This document shows, in pieces, positions 26,470 to 35,686 of a DNA stretch of 64,000 nt (position 1 is the first letter of the stretch; each line of letters opens with the position of its first letter). Made by a program: the position numbers and the translations under genes. The DNA is taken from sequence record NC_042060.1; one strand, written 5' to 3'. Under the pieces are notes generated by a model that saw nothing but the letters and a program-made list of their open reading frames with translations, was not told the DNA's origin and did no database searches.

Positions 26470-27891
26470 TTACATACCAGCTTTCTGCCGGAAGAAGTGT
26501 AGAACGAGTTGCCGTTTACCTTCAGGGATGAAACGTGCAAGATAGTTAATATCTACCTGATAAAGCGCATCTGATACATCACTAGTAAATAGGCAGAATA
26601 GAGTAAGAAGATTAATGTGTGCTTCTTGACGGTTATTCTGAGTAGGTAGAGTAGCAACAAAGCGAAGTGCGTTAGATTCACTAAATAGAGTATTACGATT
26701 TTTCTTAACGAAATCAAAGATAATATCCATGCCTGATTTAAAGCCTTCAATATCTTCGATTGTCATTACGTAGTTGAATACATCATCTAGTTTCTTTTGT
26801 GCATCGCCACCACGTTCGATAGTGATATAGTCACCAGGTTTAGCACCAGTGGCAAACTGCTCTAGACGAGATTCGATAAATACTTGGTTCATTTTGGTCA
26901 TACCTTTACGAAGTACAGGTTCATTAGATGTTGATTCACTATTCAAGATTTTAACTTCCCCGGTTGGTTTAATATCATCTTTACCAGAGAATACTTTCCA
27001 TTGTTCAACAATAGTTTCAATATCTTGACTAGTGGTAGGTAAGAATAAACGATCGCGTAACTCAATAGCAATTTTAAAATCTTTTATCAGATTACTATTT
27101 TTAATAAGTCCTTCAGCCCAGTCTTCAAGCTCTGCTGTCGTCCAATCGGTAGGTGGAGCATTATCACGAATAACACTATTAACCCAACTACCACGTAGTG
27201 TTTTTGGTGGAGTAATACCTTGTTTAACAAAATCAACCACTTCTTGGGTAGACCAATCTAGTGGAATATCACTAGTGTGAATACGCAGTTGCTTGACTAA
27301 TTCTTCAAGCTTGATACTGTCTTCAGTATTGCGAATATCTTGTTTCAGAGTATCTTCATTAACTACCGGTACAATTACTTCCTCAGTAGTCTCATTCTCT
27401 TTAGCCCTTTTAGTTAAAATATCATCAGCAATATCGGCAATATCATTAACTACACCAGTTAGACGATGGTTAGCAGCATCGATTAGTTCATCATCTGACC
27501 ATTCATCATAAGGACGATATTTACGGGTTGGGTCAAATACAAAGCTACCGAGTTCAGTTTTACCTTTAGCAATGCCATCATTGGTAAACCATTCAATGAC
27601 GTTTTCATCTGTCCATGTTTCAGGAATATCATGGTCAGTACGCAGTGCATTTACATTAACTTTAGCTAATTCTGAGGTATCGTTAACTGTATTAACTGAA
27701 GAATTAATATCATCTGCTGTAGTATATACTTCCTCAGGAGATACTAATTCAATATTTGTTAATCCTCGACCAATTTCAGAAGTTGGCTTATCTTCAGTTA
27801 CTTCTGATAAAACTTCGTCTTTGACAATAGGTTTTTCAGGTAAACGATTGAGTTGAGGAAACTTTCCAAATCGTTGATTCTTTTTAGACAT
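26470..27891 (-). CDS. Conserved hypothetical protein (gp81-like), 473 aa, with internal duplication
   Basis: IPETWTDENVIEW...DEWSDDELID is repeated as IPLDWSTQEVVDF...TDWTTAELED. Confidence 0.7.
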   Translation of the reverse strand: MSKKNQRFGKFPQLNRLPEKPIVKDEVLSEVTEDKPTSEIGRGLTNIELVSPEEVYTTADDINSSVNTVNDTSELAKVNVNALRTDHDIPETWTDENVIEWFTNDGIAKGKTELGSFVFDPTRKYRPYDEWSDDELIDAANHRLTGVVNDIADIADDILTKRAKENETTEEVIVPVVNEDTLKQDIRNTEDSIKLEELVKQLRIHTSDIPLDWSTQEVVDFVKQGITPPKTLRGSWVNSVIRDNAPPTDWTTAELEDWAEGLIKNSNLIKDFKIAIELRDRLFLPTTSQDIETIVEQWKVFSGKDDIKPTGEVKILNSESTSNEPVLRKGMTKMNQVFIESRLEQFATGAKPGDYITIERGGDAQKKLDDVFNYVMTIEDIEGFKSGMDIIFDFVKKNRNTLFSESNALRFVATLPTQNNRQEAHINLLTLFCLFTSDVSDALYQVDINYLARFIPEGKRQLVLHFFRQKAGM

Positions 27892-27922
27892 TACTAGTTC
27901 CTTTCGGGTTATAATCTAAATA

Positions 27923-27948
27923 ATGGAGAAGCTGAGTAACTTCTCCAT
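27923..27948 (-). terminator. Hairpin after virion RNAP subunit gene
   Basis: ATGGAGAAG / CTTCTCCAT 9-bp stem; weak T-tract. Confidence 0.5.
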
Positions 27949-27953
27949 CTATT

Positions 27954-29312
27954 TTAACTGATGCGATCGCGATAAGACCATTTAACAGTCTTAAGAACAG
28001 CACTGTGCATTTTAGACATGAAGATGGATAGGAATCGACCACCAACACCTGCTGCTGCTGCCGGAATGCCATTGGGGTTCTCTGACATTTGTTTACCCAT
28101 ACAGACAGCACATACGTTCTTACCTCTACCTATTACACCATTAGCTGGATCACCACCGGCCTTACATGTCATTGGACCACGTAGTTCAATCTCAGTGCCA
28201 ACTAGTTCATCAATATTAGTTTCTTCAATAAGGATAGATTTCCCATTCTTAACATAAGACAAGCCAATGAAATCTTTCTTATTAAATTGGTGAACAGTAG
28301 TTGGAATACCTATCCATGTATTGCAGTCTTCCATAATAATCCTGACTGTACCAACCATTCGATAAATCGTTTTAGTTGACTCACCGCCTAGGGCTGTTTG
28401 TGCACCACGGTTATATGAACCATAACGTAATGAGTTATTCATTACTGGCATATGGTCAGTGTCAATGCCTTCTTCCAATGATTTACCGATATATTCAACT
28501 GATGTACCATCTTGGAATGGCGCTTCCCCACCAAACATACCAAATACTTTCTTACGCACGCCACCAAATAATTTACTATGTTTAGTGTCATAGAACTCAT
28601 AAGAAGGATCGTCTTTTAGATAGTCCTCATCTAGCTTGATTAATGCATTACCCATTTCTGCAATAACAGCCGGATCATCTAACCGATCTTTATATTTCTC
28701 TTCTAGTTCTTTACGTAACTTATCTCTGTCTGGTGCAGAGGTCATTGATTTCTCAGTAATGGATGTTACCAAGGTACTGGCATATGCTGGCAATGCTAAA
28801 CAATGATCTGCAAACATCCGATATTGCCATACATATAACTTACCATCAGTTGCACGCGGTGGATTATCATCATCAATTGGATCATCGATCATGCGGTTAA
28901 GAATTTCTTTCTCAACTTTACCAATATCGAAATAACCAGATTGGAATGGGAACAGATCACCAAAAGGTAAACATAATACTAAATGGTTAACAAAAACGTT
29001 ACCATAAGTTGTTCTTAATGCACCTGGTCCTTTATAGTTTTCAATTTCACCAGGTTGTAAAATGAATTCATCTCGAAATGCTAATGGTTGTTTACCTTCA
29101 ATATAATCGTCGATATAAACAACTTCATCATTAGAATCGCCTTCTTTATAGAAGAACATTTTACCATCTTTGAAATATGGCTTGTATAGATATTCACCAC
29201 CATCATTTGGGTTATAAACGATATTAAATAAAACGTTAACCCATGCTCGTTTCTTATCTAATCCAGCATTGATACCCATTAGAAAATAATCACGTAATTT
29301 CATTAGTATCAC
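27954..29312 (-). CDS. Virion RNA polymerase beta'-C-terminal subunit (gp80-like), 452 aa
   Basis: LRGPMTCK, VCAVCMG and a trigger-loop-like AAGVGGRFLSIFMSKMH. Confidence 0.85.
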   Translation of the reverse strand: MILMKLRDYFLMGINAGLDKKRAWVNVLFNIVYNPNDGGEYLYKPYFKDGKMFFYKEGDSNDEVVYIDDYIEGKQPLAFRDEFILQPGEIENYKGPGALRTTYGNVFVNHLVLCLPFGDLFPFQSGYFDIGKVEKEILNRMIDDPIDDDNPPRATDGKLYVWQYRMFADHCLALPAYASTLVTSITEKSMTSAPDRDKLRKELEEKYKDRLDDPAVIAEMGNALIKLDEDYLKDDPSYEFYDTKHSKLFGGVRKKVFGMFGGEAPFQDGTSVEYIGKSLEEGIDTDHMPVMNNSLRYGSYNRGAQTALGGESTKTIYRMVGTVRIIMEDCNTWIGIPTTVHQFNKKDFIGLSYVKNGKSILIEETNIDELVGTEIELRGPMTCKAGGDPANGVIGRGKNVCAVCMGKQMSENPNGIPAAAAGVGGRFLSIFMSKMHSAVLKTVKWSYRDRIS

Positions 29313-30180
29313 CTATGCTATTTAAAATCTTTTTAGCTTCATTTTCCATAATAGATCGTTCAATATTGTTAGATGTGAAATCATCTATAATACTCATTAC
29401 GGTTCTACTAATTTCATTCTGTTCAGTATTTGAAATTAATACCAATCCGACAATTTCTTTAGCAACTTCAATAGGCGTCATAGCATCTAATGGGCCAAAT
29501 GAAATTTGTAATAGGTCATCAATATTCCTTTTACCAACACGTAATCCTGCATTAACTAGTTCCATAGCTAACTTAAATGATGCCCGCGTATGAATACGAA
29601 TAAGGCGATTAATTAAATTAATCCGTTCGACATTACTTACATTGCCATATGCTTGACCACGGGTAGTAAGTACTGACTGAATAAATGATGTAATATTACT
29701 AATAAGTGTTGGTGATACACTTTCAATTAAGTCAATGATATTTAAGAAATCTACACTTGTATCGATAAGTTCTACCAGATGTGCTAACGTCTCTTCGGGT
29801 GAATATTCGGCTAACAGAATATCATTCACTTCATCTGGAATAATGTAATCTTCTAAACTAAGGAGTGTATTAACAACAGCTTGCCGTTCAGCCTGAGTTG
29901 CTTCATCACTAATTTTAATAAGATGTTCATTTAGAATTTCATCTTGTGCAATGCGAATGATATCATCAATGCGAGAAAGAAGCATTGCATTATCTGAGAT
30001 ACCTGATTGAATCTGACATACTGTATTTAGTTCATCTAGAGCTGCAACATAATTGATCTTTTCAAAAGATGCTACACAGTCTAGGATAACTTCTTTACGC
30101 TCTTCATGTATAAGAGGCGTAAGATAACTATCAATGAAATCTTTCATGACGATATCCTTTTTATACGGAATTATTAACAT
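29290..30180 (-). CDS. Virion protein (gp79-like); probable start MKDF at 30147
   Basis: AAGG SD precedes the ATG at 30147; synteny. Confidence 0.65.
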   Translation of the reverse strand: MLIIPYKKDIVMKDFIDSYLTPLIHEERKEVILDCVASFEKINYVAALDELNTVCQIQSGISDNAMLLSRIDDIIRIAQDEILNEHLIKISDEATQAERQAVVNTLLSLEDYIIPDEVNDILLAEYSPEETLAHLVELIDTSVDFLNIIDLIESVSPTLISNITSFIQSVLTTRGQAYGNVSNVERINLINRLIRIHTRASFKLAMELVNAGLRVGKRNIDDLLQISFGPLDAMTPIEVAKEIVGLVLISNTEQNEISRTVMSIIDDFTSNNIERSIMENEAKKILNSIGDTNEIT

Positions 30181-30215
30181 AGGGTTGGACAGATAGTTAT
30201 TCTTTAATATAGTGT

Positions 30216-30223
30216 AAAATTAC
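30216..30223 (+). promoter_or_regulatory. Candidate middle promoter core AAAATTAC
   Basis: Matches the recalled phiKZ middle consensus (AAanntTAC); lies upstream of the + strand gp78/gp77 unit. Confidence 0.4.
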
Positions 30224-30319
30224 CAAATGTGTTAAATATATGTTGAACTAATCATTTTTTTTCATTTGTCAATTTATATTGGCAAATATTAAATTAAGCC
30301 TCTATCGGAGTATAACAAG

Positions 30320-30814
30320 ATGTCAAATAAAGCTAAAGAACCAACTCTAACTAAAGAACAGGAAAAGACTCTACGTCTATTTGAACGTGCAGTTGGAGCA
30401 TCAGCTGCCGCAGCTGATCATATTCTTAACCGTGATGGTTGGGATGTTGTCAATGTACTAGCAGGTTCCGTAGGTAAACGTATTCTACAAACTGAAGTAT
30501 TCATTAATCCAGTTATCAATAAGATCAATGAAATCATTCCGACGTTATCTGATCCTACTGGATTCCAAAAGAACCTACAAACAGTTATTGCTGACCTTAA
30601 TCGACTAACTAAAATTATCAGTGTCCTATATGCACAACATCAAGGTAAGGCTGGTCCAGCAAATAATGAAGATGAACTAAAACTCATCAGTGAACTTGTT
30701 ACTAAATACACTGGTATTGAAGGTGCTATTGAACGCGGTATTGATGGTGTAATCCTAGCGATGATCGGCACTCTTCGAGAAGCTGGTTGGGACGAAAAAC
30801 TAATTCAACAATAA
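30320..30814 (+). CDS. Hypothetical protein (gp78-like), 164 aa
   Basis: GGAG SD; highly expressed-type codon usage. Confidence 0.7.
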   Translation: MSNKAKEPTLTKEQEKTLRLFERAVGASAAAADHILNRDGWDVVNVLAGSVGKRILQTEVFINPVINKINEIIPTLSDPTGFQKNLQTVIADLNRLTKIISVLYAQHQGKAGPANNEDELKLISELVTKYTGIEGAIERGIDGVILAMIGTLREAGWDEKLIQQ

Positions 30815-30825
30815 TGGAGTTTTAA

Positions 30826-32427
30826 ATGGCTACTGCTGACTTCGATAATGAGTACGATGATACTCCAGAAGAGAATTTACTAGATCAAATTGATGAGATC
30901 AATGCGCAACACGATCCTGACTCTAGTATTGAAAATAATGACGAGGTGGAAACTCCACCTTTCGTTCCTGATCAAAAAGAAATTAAACTACGTATTCCAC
31001 GTAATGCTAAAACTGGAAATATCCGGGATGCTTCTGAACCGGCTATTAAAGATAGTGCTAGCATTCTTACTTTACTACGTGAGAATCCCCAGACTGTTTA
31101 TAATTTCCTGGATCACAATAAAGAACTATTTAAAGCATTTGCTGATAATAAAGTAGATGACACTAGTGACGGTGTAAAGTGGACAGCTGCTATTCTGGAA
31201 GGCTTAGCTCACTCTATTGTTGAAGATGCACCAATCGGTGCAACTGCCCGAGAAGGTTCTGAATGGTCTAGTGAAATTCCTTATGGTGAAAAGATCATTC
31301 GACCTGGCCGACCTGTATTTAATACCAATGGTCGTAAAATGACCGATGATGAAACTCTAGTTTTCCTAACACGTAAAGCTAACATCGGTACGCCATATGA
31401 TACTTTCCTACCTCATTCAGGTATTTGGGTAAAACTACGTGCACCTACTGGTACTGAAGTAGCTGCCCTACAAGCACGTCTAGCACAATTAAAGATCCGG
31501 CTAGGCGCTGAATCAAAAGGTATGCTGTTCTCAAACATGGCAGCTGTGTTACTTAACATGGTTAGTAGTTTAGCACTTGCATGTGTTATTCAATCCAACT
31601 ATAAGTTCAACACCCCAACTGATCTAGAGCATGTTATCTCAGTAGCTGATGAGCCGTTCTTGCATCACGCACTAGCGGCGACTATGTATCCAGATGGATT
31701 TAATTATAGTTATCCATGCATTGCAGATGCCAATACATGTAACCATATTGAAACAGCGAAACTTAATATGTCAACGCTTGTTCAATATGATCTACTGGCA
31801 TTCTCAGAAGAACAAAAGAAATATATTGCACGTAAGTTTAATGCATGTACTGAATCTGATCTTAAGACTTATAAAGAAGGATTCCGTATTGAAACTCAAG
31901 TAACTGAAATGTTTGGTGACGTTGGTGTTGTTCTTGAGATGTGTACAATTGCTGATCGCCGAGAGTCTGGTGATAGTTGGATTAACTCAATTATCGATAT
32001 GACTCAAGGTAGTTTTAATGAACCAGTCGATGGTCCGCAACGTTCTCAGTATATTGCACGTTTACAAAAGATCTCTATTGCCCGTCAGTTCTCACATTTT
32101 GTTAAAGAAATTAAAGTACGTGAAGATGACGATGGTGAAAGTTCTGAAGACAATATTCGTACTGCAACCACTAATCGTGAAACTATTGAAAAGTTCTTAA
32201 CTAATATTCTATCCACACCGGAATATAATGACCGCTTTATTAATGCGGTGAGTAACTTCATTGATTCACAACTAATTGGAATGATTGCAATTACAAGTTG
32301 GAATTGTCCAGTATGTGAGTCACCTGCTGCTACTAAATTTAAAGAACGTTTCCCACACTTAATCCCTATTGACATGCTGTCAACTTTTTTTACTTTGGCG
32401 GCCTCGAAGTCAAACCGGATGGTGTAG
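30826..32427 (+). CDS. Conserved protein (gp77-like), 533 aa, probable baseplate-hub/tail assembly chaperone
   Basis: GGAG SD; YPC..C and WNCPVC motifs reminiscent of T4 gp26/gp51-type chaperones; ends ...STFF over a T7 run. Confidence 0.65.
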   Translation: MATADFDNEYDDTPEENLLDQIDEINAQHDPDSSIENNDEVETPPFVPDQKEIKLRIPRNAKTGNIRDASEPAIKDSASILTLLRENPQTVYNFLDHNKELFKAFADNKVDDTSDGVKWTAAILEGLAHSIVEDAPIGATAREGSEWSSEIPYGEKIIRPGRPVFNTNGRKMTDDETLVFLTRKANIGTPYDTFLPHSGIWVKLRAPTGTEVAALQARLAQLKIRLGAESKGMLFSNMAAVLLNMVSSLALACVIQSNYKFNTPTDLEHVISVADEPFLHHALAATMYPDGFNYSYPCIADANTCNHIETAKLNMSTLVQYDLLAFSEEQKKYIARKFNACTESDLKTYKEGFRIETQVTEMFGDVGVVLEMCTIADRRESGDSWINSIIDMTQGSFNEPVDGPQRSQYIARLQKISIARQFSHFVKEIKVREDDDGESSEDNIRTATTNRETIEKFLTNILSTPEYNDRFINAVSNFIDSQLIGMIAITSWNCPVCESPAATKFKERFPHLIPIDMLSTFFTLAASKSNRMV

Positions 32428-32459
32428 TTAATGATCTGAGATATAGTCGTCTTGAGGCC
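32385..32459 (+). other. Candidate -1 programmed ribosomal frameshift element
   Basis: T TTT TTT at 32385-32391 in XXXYYYZ phase. After an 8-nt spacer, GGCCTCGA (32400-32407) can pair with TTGAGGCC (32452-32459). Confidence 0.7.
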
Positions 32460-32888
32460 ACTTTCACGGAAGATAGTGGCCACATCCTACATCCAAACTT
32501 TGGTTATGATAAGTTAACTGAAGATGATACACACTTAGATAGACTATTATCGACAGTAGGGGCAGTAAGACCGTCTACAGCAGCACGTTTAACAAGAGAA
32601 GCATATCTACTTGATTACGATATCGGTTCACCAGAAAACGGACCCATGTGGTTAAATAAAGTAAATCCTAAAGAGGATTTTATCGAAGGTGGGTTGAGAA
32701 GGAGACTGACTAGAGATTTCTTCAAGTATAAAGTAGGTAGCTTATCTAATATGTCATTAACTGAATTCTTTGAATTAGCTTATTCTGAGGTAGAATACAT
32801 AATTGAATTATGTAGGAATATTACTCATAATGAGGCTGTTAATAACAATAACCAGTTAAATGAATTAAACAAGCCGTTAACTAAATAA
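32391..32888 (+). CDS. -1 frame extension of the gp77-like protein (165 aa; includes track ORF 32646..32888)
   Basis: The frame is open from 32373 through the slippery site to the TAA at 32886-32888 (checked codon by codon to the ATG at 32646). The internal ATG has only a weak SD. Confidence 0.7.
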   Translation, partial: YFGGLEVKPDGVVNDLRYSRLEATFTEDSGHILHPNFGYDKLTEDDTHLDRLLSTVGAVRPSTAARLTREAYLLDYDIGSPENGPMWLNKVNPKEDFIEGGLRRRLTRDFFKYKVGSLSNMSLTEFFELAYSEVEYIIELCRNITHNEAVNNNNQLNELNKPLTK

Positions 32889-32904
32889 AAAAAATAAAGA
32901 CAGG

Positions 32905-32932
32905 CCCCTCTCCACATGGAGAGGGGTTTATG
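32905..32932. terminator. Bidirectional terminator
   Basis: CCCCTCTCCA / TGGAGAGGGG 10-bp stem, then TTTATG. Confidence 0.85.
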
Positions 32933-32937
32933 TCGTC

Positions 32938-33081
32938 TTACTTACGTGCAAAGCTAGCTACAAGACCTTTGATAGCTAGAACGACCATCCAGGCCGTTAA
33001 CCCTTTTATTGGGTGGATATCAACCCGTTCTTCGATATCCAGATTACCCTCACTATTGATTACCTCAATTCGTACTTGCAT
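32938..33081 (-). CDS. 47-aa microprotein with hydrophobic C-terminal helix (not in ORF track)
   Basis: AAGGAG SD, then MQVRIEVINSEGNLDIEERVDIHPIKGLTAWMVVLAIKGLVASFARK*. Confidence 0.7.
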   Translation of the reverse strand: MQVRIEVINSEGNLDIEERVDIHPIKGLTAWMVVLAIKGLVASFARK

Positions 33082-33140
33082 GGTCTACTCCTTGTCAGGA
33101 TGGGATATGATATTCAAAAGTCTTTTGATATAAAGATGGC

Positions 33141-33173
33141 ATATTACCCCACCAATAAAAGGCGGGGTAATAT
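33141..33173 (-). terminator. Terminator-like hairpin
   Basis: ATATTACCCC / GGGGTAATAT 10-bp outer stem. Confidence 0.6.
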
Positions 33174-33176
33174 TTA

Positions 33177-33371
33177 TTAAACCATCAGATATCCTAATGG
33201 AAATAAAGCAAAGAAGCCATATAAAACAACAAGCAGTGTCTTTTGGCGAACATACCGGGATTTAATACTATCTTTATCTAAGTCAAACTTGACATAAAGA
33301 TAAATCTGATAACTTTTATATCCCATACTAGCCACAAGGGCTATTACTATAAGTTGACACAAAAAGACCAT
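33177..33371 (-). CDS. Small two-helix membrane protein, 64 aa
   Basis: Two hydrophobic stretches flanking a charged loop. Confidence 0.6.
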   Translation of the reverse strand: MVFLCQLIVIALVASMGYKSYQIYLYVKFDLDKDSIKSRYVRQKTLLVVLYGFFALFPLGYLMV

Positions 33372-33426
33372 AGTGGGATGCTCTTATTATTAGAGAACAA
33401 TGATCAATTGTTCTTACATAGCATGT

Positions 33427-33618
33427 CTATTTAATATGCATGATTATCATATTAAATAACCACAACCCTAACATAAGGGTAAACATACTGCAAATCAAGC
33501 CACTTACAATCATTGCTTTTTGTTTGATTGTTTTAGCAGCAGCAAGAAATATAATTGAAGTTATTAATCCACTAAATGCAATTAATAGTGGTACTAAAAA
33601 TAACAATACCCGAGCCAT
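33427..33618 (-). CDS. Small two-helix membrane protein, 63 aa
   Basis: GAGG SD; almost entirely hydrophobic, with a short KTIKQK loop. Confidence 0.65.
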   Translation of the reverse strand: MARVLLFLVPLLIAFSGLITSIIFLAAAKTIKQKAMIVSGLICSMFTLMLGLWLFNMIIMHIK

Positions 33619-33630
33619 ATAGACACCTCA

Positions 33631-33903
33631 TCAAAATAGATAAGTTGTACATGTCAGTGAATAGTTAGTCCAGCAACTAACAATAGTACTTACCCATATG
33701 GTAACTAATACAATGCTTACGGAGAGAAAAAGCATAGCGTACTGGCATGCACTTTTATTAAAGATATCTTTAAACTCAAGATATGTTTTAATAATAAATA
33801 TCAGCATGCATGTTAGAAGAATATCAACTAAGATCAAAGTACTGACTAGAAGCCATGTTGCACCAAAGATCTGATCAACTGTATACATTATTTCCACTCC
33901 CAT
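33631..33903 (-). CDS. Small two-helix membrane protein, ~90 aa
   Basis: Two hydrophobic segments; GGAG SD before the internal Met (MYTVD). Confidence 0.65.
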   Translation of the reverse strand: MGVEIMYTVDQIFGATWLLVSTLILVDILLTCMLIFIIKTYLEFKDIFNKSACQYAMLFLSVSIVLVTIWVSTIVSCWTNYSLTCTTYLF

Positions 33904-33972
33904 AGTTTATAAGCTATAACTACAATTGTAATCATAATCAATTTTTTCTTCATTGTAAATACCCTATAGTTT

Positions 33973-33990
33973 TATCACATTTGTGATATA
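33973..33990 (-). promoter_or_regulatory. Early-promoter-like core (TATATCAC) overlapped by a perfect palindrome
   Basis: TATCACA-TT-TGTGATA at 33973-33988; the minus strand reads TATATCAC at 33990-33983. Confidence 0.5.
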
Positions 33991-34029
33991 CTGTTTAAAA
34001 TGCTTTAAATACAAAAAATAAAAAAAAAG

Positions 34030-34065
34030 CATAATCCCTCCCAACTAAGGGAGGGATCATTTATG
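34030..34065. terminator. Intrinsic terminator after helicase
   Basis: ATCCCTCCC / GGGAGGGAT stem, followed on the minus strand by TATG and a long T-tract. Confidence 0.85.
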
Positions 34066-34072
34066 CCATTTA

Positions 34073-35686
34073 CTATAAACGCATCATGCGCATACTTTTA
34101 GTTTTACCCATGAAATGATTTTCTTTATTTCTAGCGTATCTGCAATGATGAGGTATGTTATTACAAACCATGAATGTTAACCTTGGTATTACATCAGGCC
34201 AGTTCTTCAATGGTCTTAGTCGTCCAAGAATTTGGATGCTGTCCTTTTTAGAGTCAGTTGCTTGTAATAGAATAACTTCCCTTAAATTCCTAATATCAAC
34301 ACCAGTACCAGATGATTTAATAGTTGATACAGTGATATCATTAGTCATTAATCTATCATACGGACTACCCGAAACATGTCTATTAATCTGAAGATCTGGA
34401 TATTGTTTCTTAAGATAAGCTGTCAGTACATCGATAAAGTTTACAGTCGCGCATAATAGCAAACATTTCTGACCTTCAATACGATCCTTTATATAAACGC
34501 CATCTACAATACGTTTAACCATCTTTAAATAGAAGTCTAGTCGCCTAGGATTCTTCATCATTACTGTTTCATAACGAGCATGGTTATATGTATTTTTAAA
34601 TGGAGTTAAATAGTCCTTAGGTTTAATAGTTGGTTCACTATATAACAAGCCAATAACATTGATGTATGAGTCATATGCAGGTAACCTACACTTTGTAGTG
34701 GCAGGTAGCATGACATCAATCATTTTAGTAACAAACTGATTACCAGTGTATGGAGTAGCTGATAAATAGATTTGTTTATTGACATTGGTATATAGATCAG
34801 TACGAAATACTAATCCTGGATCTTCTTGAATCTCATCATTGATCTGCCAACCTGCTCCAATAACCTCATGGAATCTAGGTGGTGGTACATTAAATCCAAC
34901 TACATCGATTTTTTCACCTAATCGTTCAAAAGTATCGATATATGCACGGTATGTTGTAGAACTAATGAGAATAATTTCAACACCCTCTAAATCATTCTCT
35001 AGGCCGCGATTAATTAGATTCTGTAATTCAGCAGATCCTGATACTTTTAAATATTTTATACCTAGCTGATCTTCATAACCAACAAATGTTTCTTTTAATG
35101 CTTTCTCCCAAATACCGAAATATTTAGGTGGAATCATAACAACACCACGTTCTTTCATTACTGCAACTGAAGCTAAACTAGTTAAGGTTTTACCTTTACC
35201 AGTCTGTAAATCAACACGTGCTGAATGTAAATGTGGTCTTAGAATATCTTCGCGGATGGTTTCCTGATAATCCCTTAGAACATAATGTTCAAATAAAGTA
35301 TAGTCTACTTTAACAGCTGTTGGTACAGGAATATCTACAATTTCAATTCTAGTAGATGGTATATTCTTATCGGCTAGATAATTAATAAGTTCTTGAAGAC
35401 ATTCACGATGGATGAATACAGATTTACCATCTTCTGTTTCACCATAATATTTTTTCTTTATTTCCATTATGGTGCGTTGACCAGGTATCTTCTTAGGTTC
35501 TTTTAAAACCAGTTTATTAAGATATCCAGTCATCTTTAAGTATGTTTCCCGATCGTAACCGGATAAACGAACACCATGGGTGTATCGTTCTGCTGTAAGA
35601 ATCGGTTTCATAAAAAAATCAACGATCGGTAAGGGGAGCAGTGCTCCCCAAACCTCACGTCCTCCACGTCTATCGCAGTTTACCAC
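34073..35686 (-). CDS. SF2 (UvsW/Rad3-like) helicase (gp75-like); likely start MKPIL at ~35611
   Basis: Walker A QTGKGKT, Walker B variant NDEIQE, motif III SAT, motif VI QILGRLR. Confidence 0.85.
   Translation of the reverse strand: MVNCDRRGGREVWGALLPLPIVDFFMKPILTAERYTHGVRLSGYDRETYLKMTGYLNKLVLKEPKKIPGQRTIMEIKKKYYGETEDGKSVFIHRECLQELINYLADKNIPSTRIEIVDIPVPTAVKVDYTLFEHYVLRDYQETIREDILRPHLHSARVDLQTGKGKTLTSLASVAVMKERGVVMIPPKYFGIWEKALKETFVGYEDQLGIKYLKVSGSAELQNLINRGLENDLEGVEIILISSTTYRAYIDTFERLGEKIDVVGFNVPPPRFHEVIGAGWQINDEIQEDPGLVFRTDLYTNVNKQIYLSATPYTGNQFVTKMIDVMLPATTKCRLPAYDSYINVIGLLYSEPTIKPKDYLTPFKNTYNHARYETVMMKNPRRLDFYLKMVKRIVDGVYIKDRIEGQKCLLLCATVNFIDVLTAYLKKQYPDLQINRHVSGSPYDRLMTNDITVSTIKSSGTGVDIRNLREVILLQATDSKKDSIQILGRLRPLKNWPDVIPRLTFMVCNNIPHHCRYARNKENHFMGKTKSMRMMRL

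Noticed and set aside
32085-32483. 132-aa minus-strand ORF overlapping the frameshift region
   Set aside because: Antisense to the well-supported gp77-like gene; no SD; shadow-type composition.
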